Origin: Flavobacteriales bacterium
GTDB lineage: Bacteria; Bacteroidota; Bacteroidia; Palsa-965
DNA length: 64,000 bases
Direction: 5' to 3'
Assembly (NCBI GenBank): GCA_040377305.1
Contig: JBEIPA010000005.1
Coordinates: 96,001 to 160,000, forward strand
Below are positions 18,166-28,635 of this stretch, piece after piece. The position numbers and the translations under genes are program-made. The notes below the pieces were generated by a model. That model was not told the DNA's origin. It searched no databases and was given only the letters and a program-made list of their open reading frames with translations. Within the stretch, counting starts at the first letter, position 1. Every line of letters starts with the position of its first letter.

Positions 18166-20646
18166 ATGAAAACTGCGAAGTCATACCGTTTACTTATTGT
18201 TTTAGTGTTGCTGTTATCAGCGAGCAATCTAAGTGCAGTAACGTACTACTGGGTTAGAAGCACAATTGGGAACTGGAACAGTCCTAATAGTTGGTCGCTT
18301 ACTTCCGGTGGAGCTCCATTGATTGCCAGTTTTCCCACAACTACTGCCGATGTTGCAATTTTCAATGGAGGAGGGACTGCAAGTTGTAATATTACTGCAC
18401 TAGTCAACATCAATGCGACCACAATAAATGCTGGCTACACTGGCACAATCAACAACTTCGGCTTCACTCACGCTTGTACTGGAAATTTTTCAATTGCGGC
18501 CGGAACTTACAATGTCAATAATGGTGGTTTTGTAATACAGGGAAGCTTTGTTCAAACCGGAGGTACATTTAATGGAAATAGTGGTGCACTTCAGGTACTC
18601 GGTAACTTCACTAAAGGTGCCGGCACATTTAATTCGACAATCGGCCCACTTGACGTAAGAGGGAATTTCACTGTTGGCGCCAATCAATTCAATCACAACA
18701 ATGGAACGGTATTGTTCGGGGCAACCACAAGCATCATTAACATCGTAGCGCCGCTTTCGTCGGTAACTTTTTTTGGTTTCGTGAACAGCAACTACACCAT
18801 AACCGGAACTCTGACTGTTAATGCAACTTTAAGATACCAAGGCACAGGAGGAATAATTATTGACGGTGGAAATATAAATTGTTCCGGAGACGTTCTACTG
18901 TCCAACACATCTACAACTGGTGGCGGCACTTCGACATTGCAACTGGTTAGTTCGGGAACACAGCAAATCAATAGTTCAGTTCCTGTTGGTCAGTCGCGAT
19001 TGCAACATCTTACCATCGCGAAAGCAAATGGGCAGTTTGGATTTTACGGGAATGTAACTGTTACCGGAAATGTAATATATGATCCTCCGGGACTAACGGG
19101 ATGTTTTACAAATCATGGTGTAGGTGCAGTACTTGCAATGAGTGGTGCGTCATCGATTCTTACAACATATGATGCTGCAGTAACAGGTGGAAATCCTATA
19201 ATGAATGTGTGCAACCTTACCGTTCTCACCAACGCATATGTGACACTCGGTTCTTATGCGCAAATCTTGAGCTTAATCATTCAACCATTGGCATATCTGG
19301 ATGTGTCAGCCAGTAACCACATGCTGTTGGTAGCGGGAAACTGGACCAACCAAAGCACGGCAGCAGGCTCATTCAATCAGCGGTCAGGGCAGGTGCAAAT
19401 GATTAGCGGTTCTCTAACATCGTCCGTAACGGGCGGAGAAACGTTCTATGATTTTAGAATGGAAAATCCTGCAGGTCCCAGTACAATCACACTTAATTCG
19501 CGCTTGAACATTGCGCATTGCTTACGGGATGAAGTATCCTTTGGAATGAATGTGATTTTCAATACTGCTGCGAGTCCTTTGATGTTCATGGACAATGCCT
19601 ATATGTTTTATTCAAGTTCCACATGGATGTCTTTAGTTGTAACGGGTCCTGTAATGAAAATGGGTAATGATGCTTTTTCATTCCCGGTTGGAGTCGTAAC
19701 TGGCTTTAGTGTGTACACCCGCCCGCTTTCGATGTCGGCTCCCGGTTCAACTACGGAAACTTTTACAGCGGAATACTTCTACAGTAATTCCAATCCATTG
19801 TATCCGCATGCAAACCGTGATCCGCAGATAATGACTTTATCTCAATGCGAATACTGGAACTTCACCAGAACCGGAGGATTCTCCAATGTGTATTTAACAC
19901 TGAGTTTCTGGAATACCGCAACGCCTGCATGTCAGGTTCTTGCTCCCAACGATATGTTGATTTCAAGATACCAGGTGCCAACGATGTATTGGTATAACTA
20001 TGGACAGTCCGCGAACACCAACAACTTCGGACTAGGATCAGTAACCTCATCGGTGCCGGTTACAGCATTCGGAATTTTCACAATAGGCTCGAGAACTTCA
20101 TTTAATCCGCTTCCAGTTGAATTGATTGGTTTTGAAGCCGAGGCCCAGCTCAACCACGTCCAACTCGCATGGTCCACCGCCACCGAAACCAACAACGACT
20201 ATTTCGTAGTAGAACGATCTCAGGATGGAACTGCAATTGAATCGCTGGATACCATTGATGGTCATGGAACGACCAGCGAATTACATGAATATTCATCTGT
20301 TGACGAAAGCCCTTATGATGGACAATCGTACTACCGCCTCAAGCAAGTGGACTTTAACGGCGACTATACCTACTCGGAATGGCGAAGCATAGAGATGCAA
20401 CCGTTGGATCACATAAGCATGTATCCGAATCCAACTAAAGGGGAAATTCACTTCAATCTAACCGGTGAAAGTGATGTCCAATGGACGCTAACCGTTTCCA
20501 CGCTGACGGGGCAAATAGTCGTCCAACTTGCTGGCATGAAGGACGAGTTCAGAAATGTAGCCCTTGATCTTTCCGCGGGAACTTACATCGTGCAAATAGT
20601 TTCCATAAGCGGTACTTATAGCCAAAAACTCGTTCTTACCGAATAA
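18166..20646 (+). CDS. T9SS-secreted protein with G/N/T-rich beta-helix-like body
   Basis: Signal peptide; TYYWV..GNW...SWSLTSGG start; LPVEL motif, WSTATETNNDYFVVERS, YYRLKQVDFNG, YPNP, and type A CTD ending SQKLVLTE. Confidence 0.88.
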   Translation: MKTAKSYRLLIVLVLLLSASNLSAVTYYWVRSTIGNWNSPNSWSLTSGGAPLIASFPTTTADVAIFNGGGTASCNITALVNINATTINAGYTGTINNFGFTHACTGNFSIAAGTYNVNNGGFVIQGSFVQTGGTFNGNSGALQVLGNFTKGAGTFNSTIGPLDVRGNFTVGANQFNHNNGTVLFGATTSIINIVAPLSSVTFFGFVNSNYTITGTLTVNATLRYQGTGGIIIDGGNINCSGDVLLSNTSTTGGGTSTLQLVSSGTQQINSSVPVGQSRLQHLTIAKANGQFGFYGNVTVTGNVIYDPPGLTGCFTNHGVGAVLAMSGASSILTTYDAAVTGGNPIMNVCNLTVLTNAYVTLGSYAQILSLIIQPLAYLDVSASNHMLLVAGNWTNQSTAAGSFNQRSGQVQMISGSLTSSVTGGETFYDFRMENPAGPSTITLNSRLNIAHCLRDEVSFGMNVIFNTAASPLMFMDNAYMFYSSSTWMSLVVTGPVMKMGNDAFSFPVGVVTGFSVYTRPLSMSAPGSTTETFTAEYFYSNSNPLYPHANRDPQIMTLSQCEYWNFTRTGGFSNVYLTLSFWNTATPACQVLAPNDMLISRYQVPTMYWYNYGQSANTNNFGLGSVTSSVPVTAFGIFTIGSRTSFNPLPVELIGFEAEAQLNHVQLAWSTATETNNDYFVVERSQDGTAIESLDTIDGHGTTSELHEYSSVDESPYDGQSYYRLKQVDFNGDYTYSEWRSIEMQPLDHISMYPNPTKGEIHFNLTGESDVQWTLTVSTLTGQIVVQLAGMKDEFRNVALDLSAGTYIVQIVSISGTYSQKLVLTE

Positions 20647-20705
20647 TAAATTGTAATAACCATTGACGGGGCAAAGCGTATTCTACCGAACTTTACCCTG
20701 ATAAA

Positions 20706-21077
20706 ATGGTTGCCCTAACAATTACCCCCACACTTAGGACTGCTGGTGTTTCATTCGATACCCAAAAGAATATTTTGGAGATCAGTGGAATATCAATTCC
20801 TGAAAATGCTGACGCGTTCTTTCAGCCTATGTACGATTGGCTGGAACAGATTGTGAAAGTGCACCAAGGTGCAATCACTGTTCGCATTAACCTTACCTAC
20901 TTCAATACTTCTTCTGTTCGTCATCTGCTTATCATTATCAAAACGCTTATTGCATCTTACCGCGATACGTTGAAAGTGCAGTGGATTTATGAACCTGATG
21001 ATGAAGAAATCCGCGAGCGCGGAGAACAGCTTTCTGAAGTGGTGAAGTTTCCGTTTGAGTTTTTGGCGGAAGAGTAA
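20706..21077 (+). CDS. SiaC-family (DUF1987) regulatory phosphoprotein
   Basis: ISGISIPENADAFFQP, YFNTSS phospho-Thr motif, W.Y..DDEEI.E.GE. Confidence 0.85.
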   Translation: MVALTITPTLRTAGVSFDTQKNILEISGISIPENADAFFQPMYDWLEQIVKVHQGAITVRINLTYFNTSSVRHLLIIIKTLIASYRDTLKVQWIYEPDDEEIRERGEQLSEVVKFPFEFLAEE

Positions 21078-21231
21078 CATCCCTCGGTACACCGGTATTA
21101 TTCTAATTCACTGCTCCGCAGATTTTCGAGTTTACTCGGTCTGACAACACGTATTAGTAATCTTGTCAGACCGCGAAGCCGAGAATCATTACGGAGTAAC
21201 CCGCATGATCATTCCGGCATAACGAGGGATG
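21078..21231. repeat. Nested-palindrome (REP doublet) element, family B (copy 2)
   Basis: CATCCCTCGGTAC...CGAGGGATG outer arms; TTACTCGGTCTGACAAC and CTTGTCAGACCG identical to copy 1. Confidence 0.85.
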
Positions 21232-21233
21232 AA

Positions 21234-22178
21234 TCACAAGAGTACTTCAGCCACTTTTGTGGCAAGCACTTCCGCAATCTTCCGATGACTCTCAAACGTC
21301 CAGCCGGCAACATGCGGTGATAATATCACGTTGTCTGATTTGCACAATTGCTGAAAAGCTTCGGGCAATTGCTCCGCACTGAGATTTTCGAATGATATTG
21401 ATTCGTACTCGAGTACATCGAGTCCTGCCCCGAGAATTTTTCCGGCATGAATCGCTTTCACCACAGCGTCCGTATTTACAACTTGCCCACGTGAAGTATT
21501 GATGAACCAAATGTTTTTGGAGAATGAATTGAGATAAGCATCACTCACCATTCCCTTCGTTTCTTCCGTGAGCGGAATATGCAGACTCAATACATCAGCG
21601 TTTGCGAATATTTCTTCTGGTGTTGATTCAGTTACAAATTCATCACCAAAATCTTTTTTGTATTTGTCGTAAGCAAGAATCTTCACTTCAAATCCACGAA
21701 GGACTTTTGCAAACGCAGAACCCATGTTGCCGTAACCGATAATGCCTACCGTTTTACCCGTAAGCTCAACACCGCGGTTCTCTTCCCGTTTCCAGATACC
21801 GGTACGAACTTCATTATCCGCGCGGCGAAAATTATTCATCAGTGAAAGCAACATACCGAGCGCGTGCTCTCCCACTGCAATACGATTTCCTTCCGGGGCG
21901 TGCACACATCTGATTCCTTTCGACTCAGCGTAAGCCACATCAATGTTTTCCATGCCCGCACCTGCCCTTCCTATAACTTTCAGATTTGTTGCAGCGTCGA
22001 GAAATTCTCTGCCAAGCTGATAACGACTGCGAATAATCACACCATCATAATGTGCAATTTTCGTCAGCACTTCCGGCATTGAAGAAGTATAATCTTCATC
22101 GCACACAAATCCCTTTCGCTTCAGTACTTCGAGCATCGCAGGATGATTAGAATCGAGAAAGAGAATTTTCTTTATCAT
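21234..22178 (-). CDS. D-2-hydroxyacid / phosphoglycerate dehydrogenase family
   Basis: RAGAGMENID, GIIGYGNMG, INTSRG, LDVLEYE, SPHVAG. Confidence 0.9.
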   Translation of the reverse strand: MIKKILFLDSNHPAMLEVLKRKGFVCDEDYTSSMPEVLTKIAHYDGVIIRSRYQLGREFLDAATNLKVIGRAGAGMENIDVAYAESKGIRCVHAPEGNRIAVGEHALGMLLSLMNNFRRADNEVRTGIWKREENRGVELTGKTVGIIGYGNMGSAFAKVLRGFEVKILAYDKYKKDFGDEFVTESTPEEIFANADVLSLHIPLTEETKGMVSDAYLNSFSKNIWFINTSRGQVVNTDAVVKAIHAGKILGAGLDVLEYESISFENLSAEQLPEAFQQLCKSDNVILSPHVAGWTFESHRKIAEVLATKVAEVLL

Positions 22179-22180
22179 GT

Positions 22181-23575
22181 CTAGAGCATAACGCCTTGCA
22201 GCAAGGCCATGGAAATGTTGAAGTAAATCAGGAGTCCGGTTACATCAACCAACGTTGCAACGAATGGTGTAGAAGAAACAGCAGGATCAAGTCCGAGGCG
22301 CTTCAGCAACAATGGCAACAGCGATCCCATCAAACAACCCCACAGTACTATACCGACAAGCGTAATGGAAACCGTAAGTCCGATGAGCAACCAATGCGGA
22401 CCGTAATCATCAATCCACTTGGTCCAGATCAATACGCGTAAAAATCCCATTGCGCCGAGAACCGCACCGAGCACTAAACCTGACCCGAGTTCCTTCTTAA
22501 GAATGCGGAACCAATCGCGCACCGTAATTTCTCCCAACGCCAAAGCGCGGATGACCAATGTCGATGCCTGCGATCCCGAGTTTCCTCCGCTGGAAATAAT
22601 GAGCGGAATAAATATCGCGAGGATAACTGCTTTCTCGATTTTGTCATGGTAAAAACTCATCGCCGTTACCGTGAGCGTTTCTCCAATGAAGAGAATGGCG
22701 AGCCACCCGACACGTTTACGTATCATCTGCCAGAACGGGACGTTCATGTAAGGCTCATCGAGCGCTTCCACACCACCCATCTTCTGCACGTCTTCCGTGT
22801 TCTCTTCACGAATAACGTCGACGATATCGTCAACCGTAATTCTTCCAACGAGGCGATTCAGTGAATCAACAACCGGAATTACTACGAGATCGTACTTGTC
22901 CATCACCTGCGCAACTTCTTCTGCAGGTTCATTCACTTTTACGCTCACGATACCCGGATTGAACACTTCGGTGATCGGAGTGCGCAAAGGTTTGGTCAAA
23001 AGATTTTTCAACGAAAGCAAACCGACGAGGCGCTCATCATCATCTACAACATAAATCGTGTAAATGTTTTCTACGCCTTCTGCCTGCTTACGGATTTCAC
23101 GAACGCATTCCCAGACATTCTTCGAAGAATGAACTTTCACAAGCTCTTTTGCCATGATACCACCTGCAGTATCCGGATCGTAATTGAGGAGATCGACGAT
23201 GTCACTCGCCTGCTCCATGTCTTCTACGTGCGAGAGGACTTCATCCTGCTGCTCATCCGAAAGTTCCCCGAGTACATCCGCAGCATCATCCGTGGCAAGG
23301 TTGTCGATTACTTTATCGGCAATTTCTTCCGAAGAAAGACGAGACAGAATCATTTCCCGCTTGTCGTCGTCGAGCAACAGAATTGCTTCAGCGGCGAGCT
23401 CTTCCGGCAAATAGAGATATGCTTTTACAGCTTCTTCGTCCTCGAATAAGTTGAGGATTTCAGCTGCATCGGCAGGGTGTAATTCGTCTAGATGATGAAG
23501 AATAAACTCTCTGTCGCCCGCGTCGATTGCGTTGCGAAGATCATCGAGGAATTCATCTGTGATCTCGAGTGACAT
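22181..23575 (-). CDS. mgtE: Magnesium transporter MgtE
   Basis: LHPADAAE, TAGGIM, CBS pair, SSGGNSGSQ, DPAVSSTPFVATLVD. Confidence 0.96.
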   Translation of the reverse strand: MSLEITDEFLDDLRNAIDAGDREFILHHLDELHPADAAEILNLFEDEEAVKAYLYLPEELAAEAILLLDDDKREMILSRLSSEEIADKVIDNLATDDAADVLGELSDEQQDEVLSHVEDMEQASDIVDLLNYDPDTAGGIMAKELVKVHSSKNVWECVREIRKQAEGVENIYTIYVVDDDERLVGLLSLKNLLTKPLRTPITEVFNPGIVSVKVNEPAEEVAQVMDKYDLVVIPVVDSLNRLVGRITVDDIVDVIREENTEDVQKMGGVEALDEPYMNVPFWQMIRKRVGWLAILFIGETLTVTAMSFYHDKIEKAVILAIFIPLIISSGGNSGSQASTLVIRALALGEITVRDWFRILKKELGSGLVLGAVLGAMGFLRVLIWTKWIDDYGPHWLLIGLTVSITLVGIVLWGCLMGSLLPLLLKRLGLDPAVSSTPFVATLVDVTGLLIYFNISMALLQGVML

Positions 23576-23677
23576 GAGGGAGGTTTATCCATTGTTTTAC
23601 AGTGCGCCGCGAAGTTACGGATTGTTTCCGGTCCCTGTTCCCTGTTGAACATTGAACATTATAAGGGAACGTGGATC

Positions 23678-24469
23678 TTACCCCGCGGTCTTTCTTACCC
23701 TCAGTATATTAGTTAACTGAACGAATTCAGCAACCGAAAGCCTTTCCGGCCGCTCTGTGAAAACAGGATTCTTCTCCTCTCCGGGAACAATGTCAAACGC
23801 GTGTAAAGAATTTCGCATTTGCTTTCTGCGTTGATTGAATGCGGCTTTTACCACTTGTTTGAACATCACTTCATCACATCCAAGCTGAGTTGTGTTATTT
23901 CTGCGTAAACGAATTACCGCAGAGTTAACATTCGGTGGTGGTGTAAAAACTGTTGGAGGGACAGTAAAGAGATACTCAATATCGTACCAAGCCTGCAACA
24001 ACACGCTGGTGATTCCGTACGTTTTCGTTCCCGGTTTTTCCGCGATGCGCAAAGCAACTTCTTTCTGAAACATTCCTACAACTTCAGGTACTGAATCTTT
24101 AAAGTCGAGTACACGAAATAATATCTGTGTGGAGATATTGTACGGAAAGTTGCCAATAACCGCTGCCGGCTCGCTGAAAAAATCAGTCAGGTCGTGGCGA
24201 AGAAAATCAGATGCGATAATTCGCGGGCGCAACTCCGGATAATGTTCATTAAGGTAAGCAACGGACTCGCGATCGATTTCACACACCCACGTTTCAAGAT
24301 CGTTCCTGCCCAGAAGAAATTTGGTGAGTACACCCATTCCCGGTCCGACTTCAAGCGCCTTTTTGTATTTGCCATCGGGCTGCAATGACATCGCAATTTT
24401 CTCTGCAATGCCCTGATCATTCAGAAAGTGCTGACCAAGATGTTTTTTCGGACGTACGGATAAGCTCAT
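23678..24469 (-). CDS. rsmA: 16S rRNA m6(2)A dimethyltransferase
   Basis: KKHLGQHFL, EVGPGMG, GNFPYNIS, MFQKEVA, FTPPPNV. Confidence 0.96.
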   Translation of the reverse strand: MSLSVRPKKHLGQHFLNDQGIAEKIAMSLQPDGKYKKALEVGPGMGVLTKFLLGRNDLETWVCEIDRESVAYLNEHYPELRPRIIASDFLRHDLTDFFSEPAAVIGNFPYNISTQILFRVLDFKDSVPEVVGMFQKEVALRIAEKPGTKTYGITSVLLQAWYDIEYLFTVPPTVFTPPPNVNSAVIRLRRNNTTQLGCDEVMFKQVVKAAFNQRRKQMRNSLHAFDIVPGEEKNPVFTERPERLSVAEFVQLTNILRVRKTAG

Positions 24470-24472
24470 AAT

Positions 24473-24775
24473 TTAGTCGATGTGCTCGAGCAATGTACGG
24501 AATGCAGTGAACTTTCCGCCATACATTTTGTGTGCATCGTCACGTAATCCTTGCGCATGGTTCTCGAGATAGCGATCAACGTCTTCCATGGTATTGGCAG
24601 AATACTGAATGGAATAACTCACGCCCTGTTGTTCTTCGACGAGAATGCGAAACATTTTTCCTTCTGTAAAACAGCCGGTGTTCACCACTTCAGGAATGTG
24701 TTTTGATTTCATCCACACGAGCCATTCGTCGTGACATGAATCGTCGATGTTTACGGTTACGTTGTAAATGATCAT
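24473..24775 (-). CDS. DUF4286-family protein
   Basis: MIIYNVT...W..WMK..HIPEV..TG.F...YSIQY...FRTLL. Confidence 0.85.
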   Translation of the reverse strand: MIIYNVTVNIDDSCHDEWLVWMKSKHIPEVVNTGCFTEGKMFRILVEEQQGVSYSIQYSANTMEDVDRYLENHAQGLRDDAHKMYGGKFTAFRTLLEHID

Positions 24776-24782
24776 AGCAAAA

Positions 24783-26636
24783 TTATTCCTGAATAGTGTC
24801 CCCGCGCAATTGGCGATAACGCTTCTGCGCGTCGACCTTGAACAAGCTGCCCGGGAATTTTGTAATCACGTCGAGATAGTACTGTTTCGCTTTCTCTTTA
24901 TCATTGAGATAATAATCGTACAATTCTGCCATGCGATAAGTTGCATCATCACCAAGAATGTCGAAGGAATAGTTGTCGATAATTCCCTGAAGAAATGTAA
25001 CAGCTAGCTTGTAGTTTTGTTGTTTGAACGCAATCTTGTAACGCATGTACAGGATATCATCCGCTAATCCGTGTGTTGGATATTCGCTTTCAATCGAGTC
25101 GAGATAAACGATTGCTTTCGAATAGTTGTTCTGAAACACCATCAGGTCTGCTTTCGCGAATAACATCAATGGTGCAGGATTACTGTCGAGCGCAAGATTG
25201 TCGGTAATGAGCATCGACAGGTAAATTGCGTCGTTTGCAATCGGTCGTTGTGGTGCTTCTTTCAGAATAGCGAGTTGCGTTTGTGCCCAATGGAAATCGC
25301 CGATGTAAAAAGCAACTTTCGCGTTCTTCAGTTTTGCTTCGTGACCAACCGGCTCGGTTTTGAATGCTTTCTCCACCTGAGAATAGCGCAACGATGCTTC
25401 CCACACTTGTCCGTCGAGCAACAACACATCGCCCAACTCGAGTTTTGCCCAGGCCAATCTGCCTGCCTGCACACCCGGCAATGCAATCGCTTCTTCGAGC
25501 AACGTAATTGCAGCTTTTGTCTTCTGCAGATAGAATGCCTGCAGGTGCGCCAGACGAACCATCAACGAAAGTGTCTCGGAATTTTTCCCGAGTTCCGCCA
25601 ACGTTGCTATCATTTCCTCTTCCACCGAAAGCAGATCGACGGTTGTGTAATCCGGACGGGTTGTCACTTCCAGGTAACGCGTATTGACTTTTTCAATCTT
25701 CGCGCGATTGTAATTGTCTTTCGTTGGCCCGAGAGAAATCACGTAATCGTACGCATCCGTTGCAACCGTGTACTGACGATTAGCCCGTGCAGTTTCTGCA
25801 AGATCCATGACGCGCCATCCTTCGAGATTATCACGTCGGTCAACTGCTTTTGCCTGCACCAATGCCATCTGGAAATTGTTTTCCTGCATGTAGTACCACA
25901 TCAGCATGTCGTTCCAGATTGTTTTGTCGGGCTGCTTTTGCGAACGTTTGATTAATTCTGTGCGAAGAATGGTTGAGATCTTATTGTCTAGATCAGTATC
26001 GAGGTGCATCTGCAATAAATCCTGAACCTGTTTTTTGTATCCGTCTGAAACTTCAAGAAGATCGAGATACTCGGTAACCATATTCTGGTAATCTTTCTTT
26101 ATTGCGTAAACTTCAGCCAGCTCAATGTTGAACGTGTATTGAACGCTCAGTTCTTTGCGGCCTTTCTTCAGCGCATCAATGGCGAAATCAGTTTCATTGA
26201 TTCCCAGAAAAGCATCGGATACTTCTATCACGTGCTTCGGTGAAGTATTCTGATTGATTCCATCCACCGCGCCCTTGAATTCCTTCTTCGCTTTGTCTTC
26301 TTCGTTATTGGCGCGATGCACACGACCGAGATCAATCTTGTAACGAAGATCCCAGGTCTTGTCGGACTGTTGCTTCTTCACCGTTTTCTCTGCCTTCTTG
26401 AAATTCTTCGTGAAGATGAGACAGTTCAGATAGTAGTTGTAATAAAGCGCGATCGGATTTTTGTTATACAGTTTCTCGTAGTACACCACGGCTTTATCAT
26501 AATCGCCCGACTGGTAGTACTGAACGGCCAACTGCTCATCAGGAGACATTGGAATATCCACGGTGTCGTCCTGCGCGTGAAGCCTCGTAAAAGGAAGCAG
26601 CACTATTAAAAACAAAAGGACAGCTATTCTCTGCAT
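24783..26636 (-). CDS. Exported tetratricopeptide-repeat protein
   Basis: Signal peptide and TPR-like helical repeats throughout; ends YRQLRGD. Confidence 0.85.
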   Translation of the reverse strand: MQRIAVLLFLIVLLPFTRLHAQDDTVDIPMSPDEQLAVQYYQSGDYDKAVVYYEKLYNKNPIALYYNYYLNCLIFTKNFKKAEKTVKKQQSDKTWDLRYKIDLGRVHRANNEEDKAKKEFKGAVDGINQNTSPKHVIEVSDAFLGINETDFAIDALKKGRKELSVQYTFNIELAEVYAIKKDYQNMVTEYLDLLEVSDGYKKQVQDLLQMHLDTDLDNKISTILRTELIKRSQKQPDKTIWNDMLMWYYMQENNFQMALVQAKAVDRRDNLEGWRVMDLAETARANRQYTVATDAYDYVISLGPTKDNYNRAKIEKVNTRYLEVTTRPDYTTVDLLSVEEEMIATLAELGKNSETLSLMVRLAHLQAFYLQKTKAAITLLEEAIALPGVQAGRLAWAKLELGDVLLLDGQVWEASLRYSQVEKAFKTEPVGHEAKLKNAKVAFYIGDFHWAQTQLAILKEAPQRPIANDAIYLSMLITDNLALDSNPAPLMLFAKADLMVFQNNYSKAIVYLDSIESEYPTHGLADDILYMRYKIAFKQQNYKLAVTFLQGIIDNYSFDILGDDATYRMAELYDYYLNDKEKAKQYYLDVITKFPGSLFKVDAQKRYRQLRGDTIQE

Positions 26637-26638
26637 GG

Positions 26639-27214
26639 TTATGGAACCTGAACTGTTGCAACACGTGCGCTCATCATGTTGACGTACTCGTTCACCTTTG
26701 GTAACAATGTATCGTACGATTTGCGCGTATTCTCGAGAGAAGTTTTCAGTTCATTCGCGTACGAGTGAATTGCATTAACCTGCGTTGATTCATGTACAAC
26801 ACTTGCCTTGCCATCAATTCCCTCAGCGAGTGAATGATTCTCCAGATCGTGTTTCAGATTTTCAAGCCCTCTGTTCATGGAATCTATTGCATTGCTCAAA
26901 CGTTCAACTTCACTATTCACGAAACTGTACCTGTTTCCAGTCTCACGGTATTCTGTCAATAACAGTGCCGTGCTGTAGTCAAGTGTATCTCCTAGTTTGT
27001 TCACGTTGAACTGAATGAATTTGCTGTTATCCGCAATGTCCTGCGTGCGGCGCGCAATGTCTGCAGTATTCAGCGATGCAATCAATGAATCTGTTGAACC
27101 AAGCACCTTCTTCAGGCTATCGATTTCCGACAGCTCATGCGAATAATCTTCTCCCTTACAAGTTACGAGAAGGAGAGCGATTACGATGATGTATGGTAGA
27201 TGCAGATGCTTCAT
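26639..27214 (-). CDS. Hypothetical helical lipoprotein
   Basis: Lipobox LLVTC; coiled-coil-like body; abuts the TPR gene. Confidence 0.75.
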   Translation of the reverse strand: MKHLHLPYIIVIALLLVTCKGEDYSHELSEIDSLKKVLGSTDSLIASLNTADIARRTQDIADNSKFIQFNVNKLGDTLDYSTALLLTEYRETGNRYSFVNSEVERLSNAIDSMNRGLENLKHDLENHSLAEGIDGKASVVHESTQVNAIHSYANELKTSLENTRKSYDTLLPKVNEYVNMMSARVATVQVP

Positions 27215-27271
27215 TAATTCCTAATAATTACTAAAATGGTGCCGCGCCTCTGTCTCCGCCGCGCCACCGCG

Positions 27272-28543
27272 TTACATTATTTTATCAAAGCCCGTGTACG
27301 GACGTAACACTTTCGGAATGTTGATTCCATCAGGTGTCTGATTATTCTCCAATAAGGCGGCAACAATTCGCGGCAATGCCAGAGCAGAGCCATTGAGCGT
27401 GTGTGCAAGAACTGGCTTCGCATCACCTTCGCGGTAACGCAACTTCAAGCGATTGCTTTGGAATGTTTCGAAGTTTGAAACGGAGCTTACTTCCAGCCAC
27501 TTTTGTTGTGCAGAAGAATAGACTTCCATGTCGTAAGTCTGCGCCGAAGCAAAGCCCATGTCGCCACCACACAACAAAAGTGTGCGGAAAGGCAATTCAA
27601 GTTCTTTTAAAAGTCCGGCAACATACTCGCGCATTTCTTCGAGCGCAGCATAAGATTTTGACGGATGTGCAATCTGCACGATCTCTACTTTATCAAATTG
27701 GTGTAAGCGATTTAGTCCGCGAACATCTTTCCCGTAAGAACCCGCTTCGCGACGGAAGCATGGCGTGTAACCGCAATTCTTGATCGGCAGATCTTCCGCT
27801 TTCACAATTACATCGCGGTAAATATTGGTGATCGGAACTTCTGCTGTTGGAATCAGAAACAGATCATCGACCTGGCAATGGTACATCTGTCCTTCTTTAT
27901 CCGGAAGCTGTCCTGTTCCGAAACCTGAATCCTTATTGATCAGAATTGGCGGTTGAACTTCAATGTAACCTGCAGCTGTTGCTTTATCGAGGAAGTAATT
28001 AATCAACGCTCTTTGCAAACGTGCACCTTTTCCTTTGTAAACAGGAAATCCGGCACCGGTAATTTTTACACCCAGTTCGAAATCGATGAGATCATACTTC
28101 GTCGTGAGGTCCCAATGCGGAACCGCACCATCGTACAGTTTTGGAATTTCTCCGTGCGCAAAAACTTCTTTGTTCTCTTCCGGAGTTTTTCCAACAGGCA
28201 CAGCTTCGTTCGGCGCATTCGGAACCTGAACAAGTACATTATACTGCTCTGTTTCCAAACGATCGAGCGCTTCCTGGTGATTCTTCTCTGCTTCTTTGAG
28301 TGAGCTGGTTTTCGCTTTCACCTCTTCAGCTTCCGCTTTCTTTCCCGACTTCATCAATTCACCAATCTGGCGTGAGAGCGTATTCGATTCTGCTTTCACT
28401 GCTTCCAGTGCGGTTAATACTTTGCGACGCTCTTCATCGAGGCGTGCAATTTCATTGATAAATTTCGCACCGTCGATTGGACGTTTTGCCAATCGTCTGA
28501 TGATTTCGTCTTTGTTTTCGCGGATGACCTGTAGTTGTAACAT
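27272..28543 (-). CDS. serS: Serine--tRNA ligase
   Basis: N-terminal coiled coil, LIPTAEVP, CFRREAGSYG, RLHQFDKVE, EVSSVSN, HTLNGSALA. Confidence 0.98.
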   Translation of the reverse strand: MLQLQVIRENKDEIIRRLAKRPIDGAKFINEIARLDEERRKVLTALEAVKAESNTLSRQIGELMKSGKKAEAEEVKAKTSSLKEAEKNHQEALDRLETEQYNVLVQVPNAPNEAVPVGKTPEENKEVFAHGEIPKLYDGAVPHWDLTTKYDLIDFELGVKITGAGFPVYKGKGARLQRALINYFLDKATAAGYIEVQPPILINKDSGFGTGQLPDKEGQMYHCQVDDLFLIPTAEVPITNIYRDVIVKAEDLPIKNCGYTPCFRREAGSYGKDVRGLNRLHQFDKVEIVQIAHPSKSYAALEEMREYVAGLLKELELPFRTLLLCGGDMGFASAQTYDMEVYSSAQQKWLEVSSVSNFETFQSNRLKLRYREGDAKPVLAHTLNGSALALPRIVAALLENNQTPDGINIPKVLRPYTGFDKIM

Positions 28544-28575
28544 AATTGATATTTATTCTGATGTCAAAGTTAACC

Positions 28576-28610
28576 AAACAAGAACACCCGACTCTTGCGA
28601 GACGGGTGCC
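28576..28610 (-). terminator. Intrinsic terminator after rpmA
   Basis: CACCCGTCTC-GCAA-GAGTCGGGTG stem followed by TTCTTGTTT. Confidence 0.7.
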
Positions 28611-28635
28611 TTTAATACAATAGAGTAGTTCTCGC

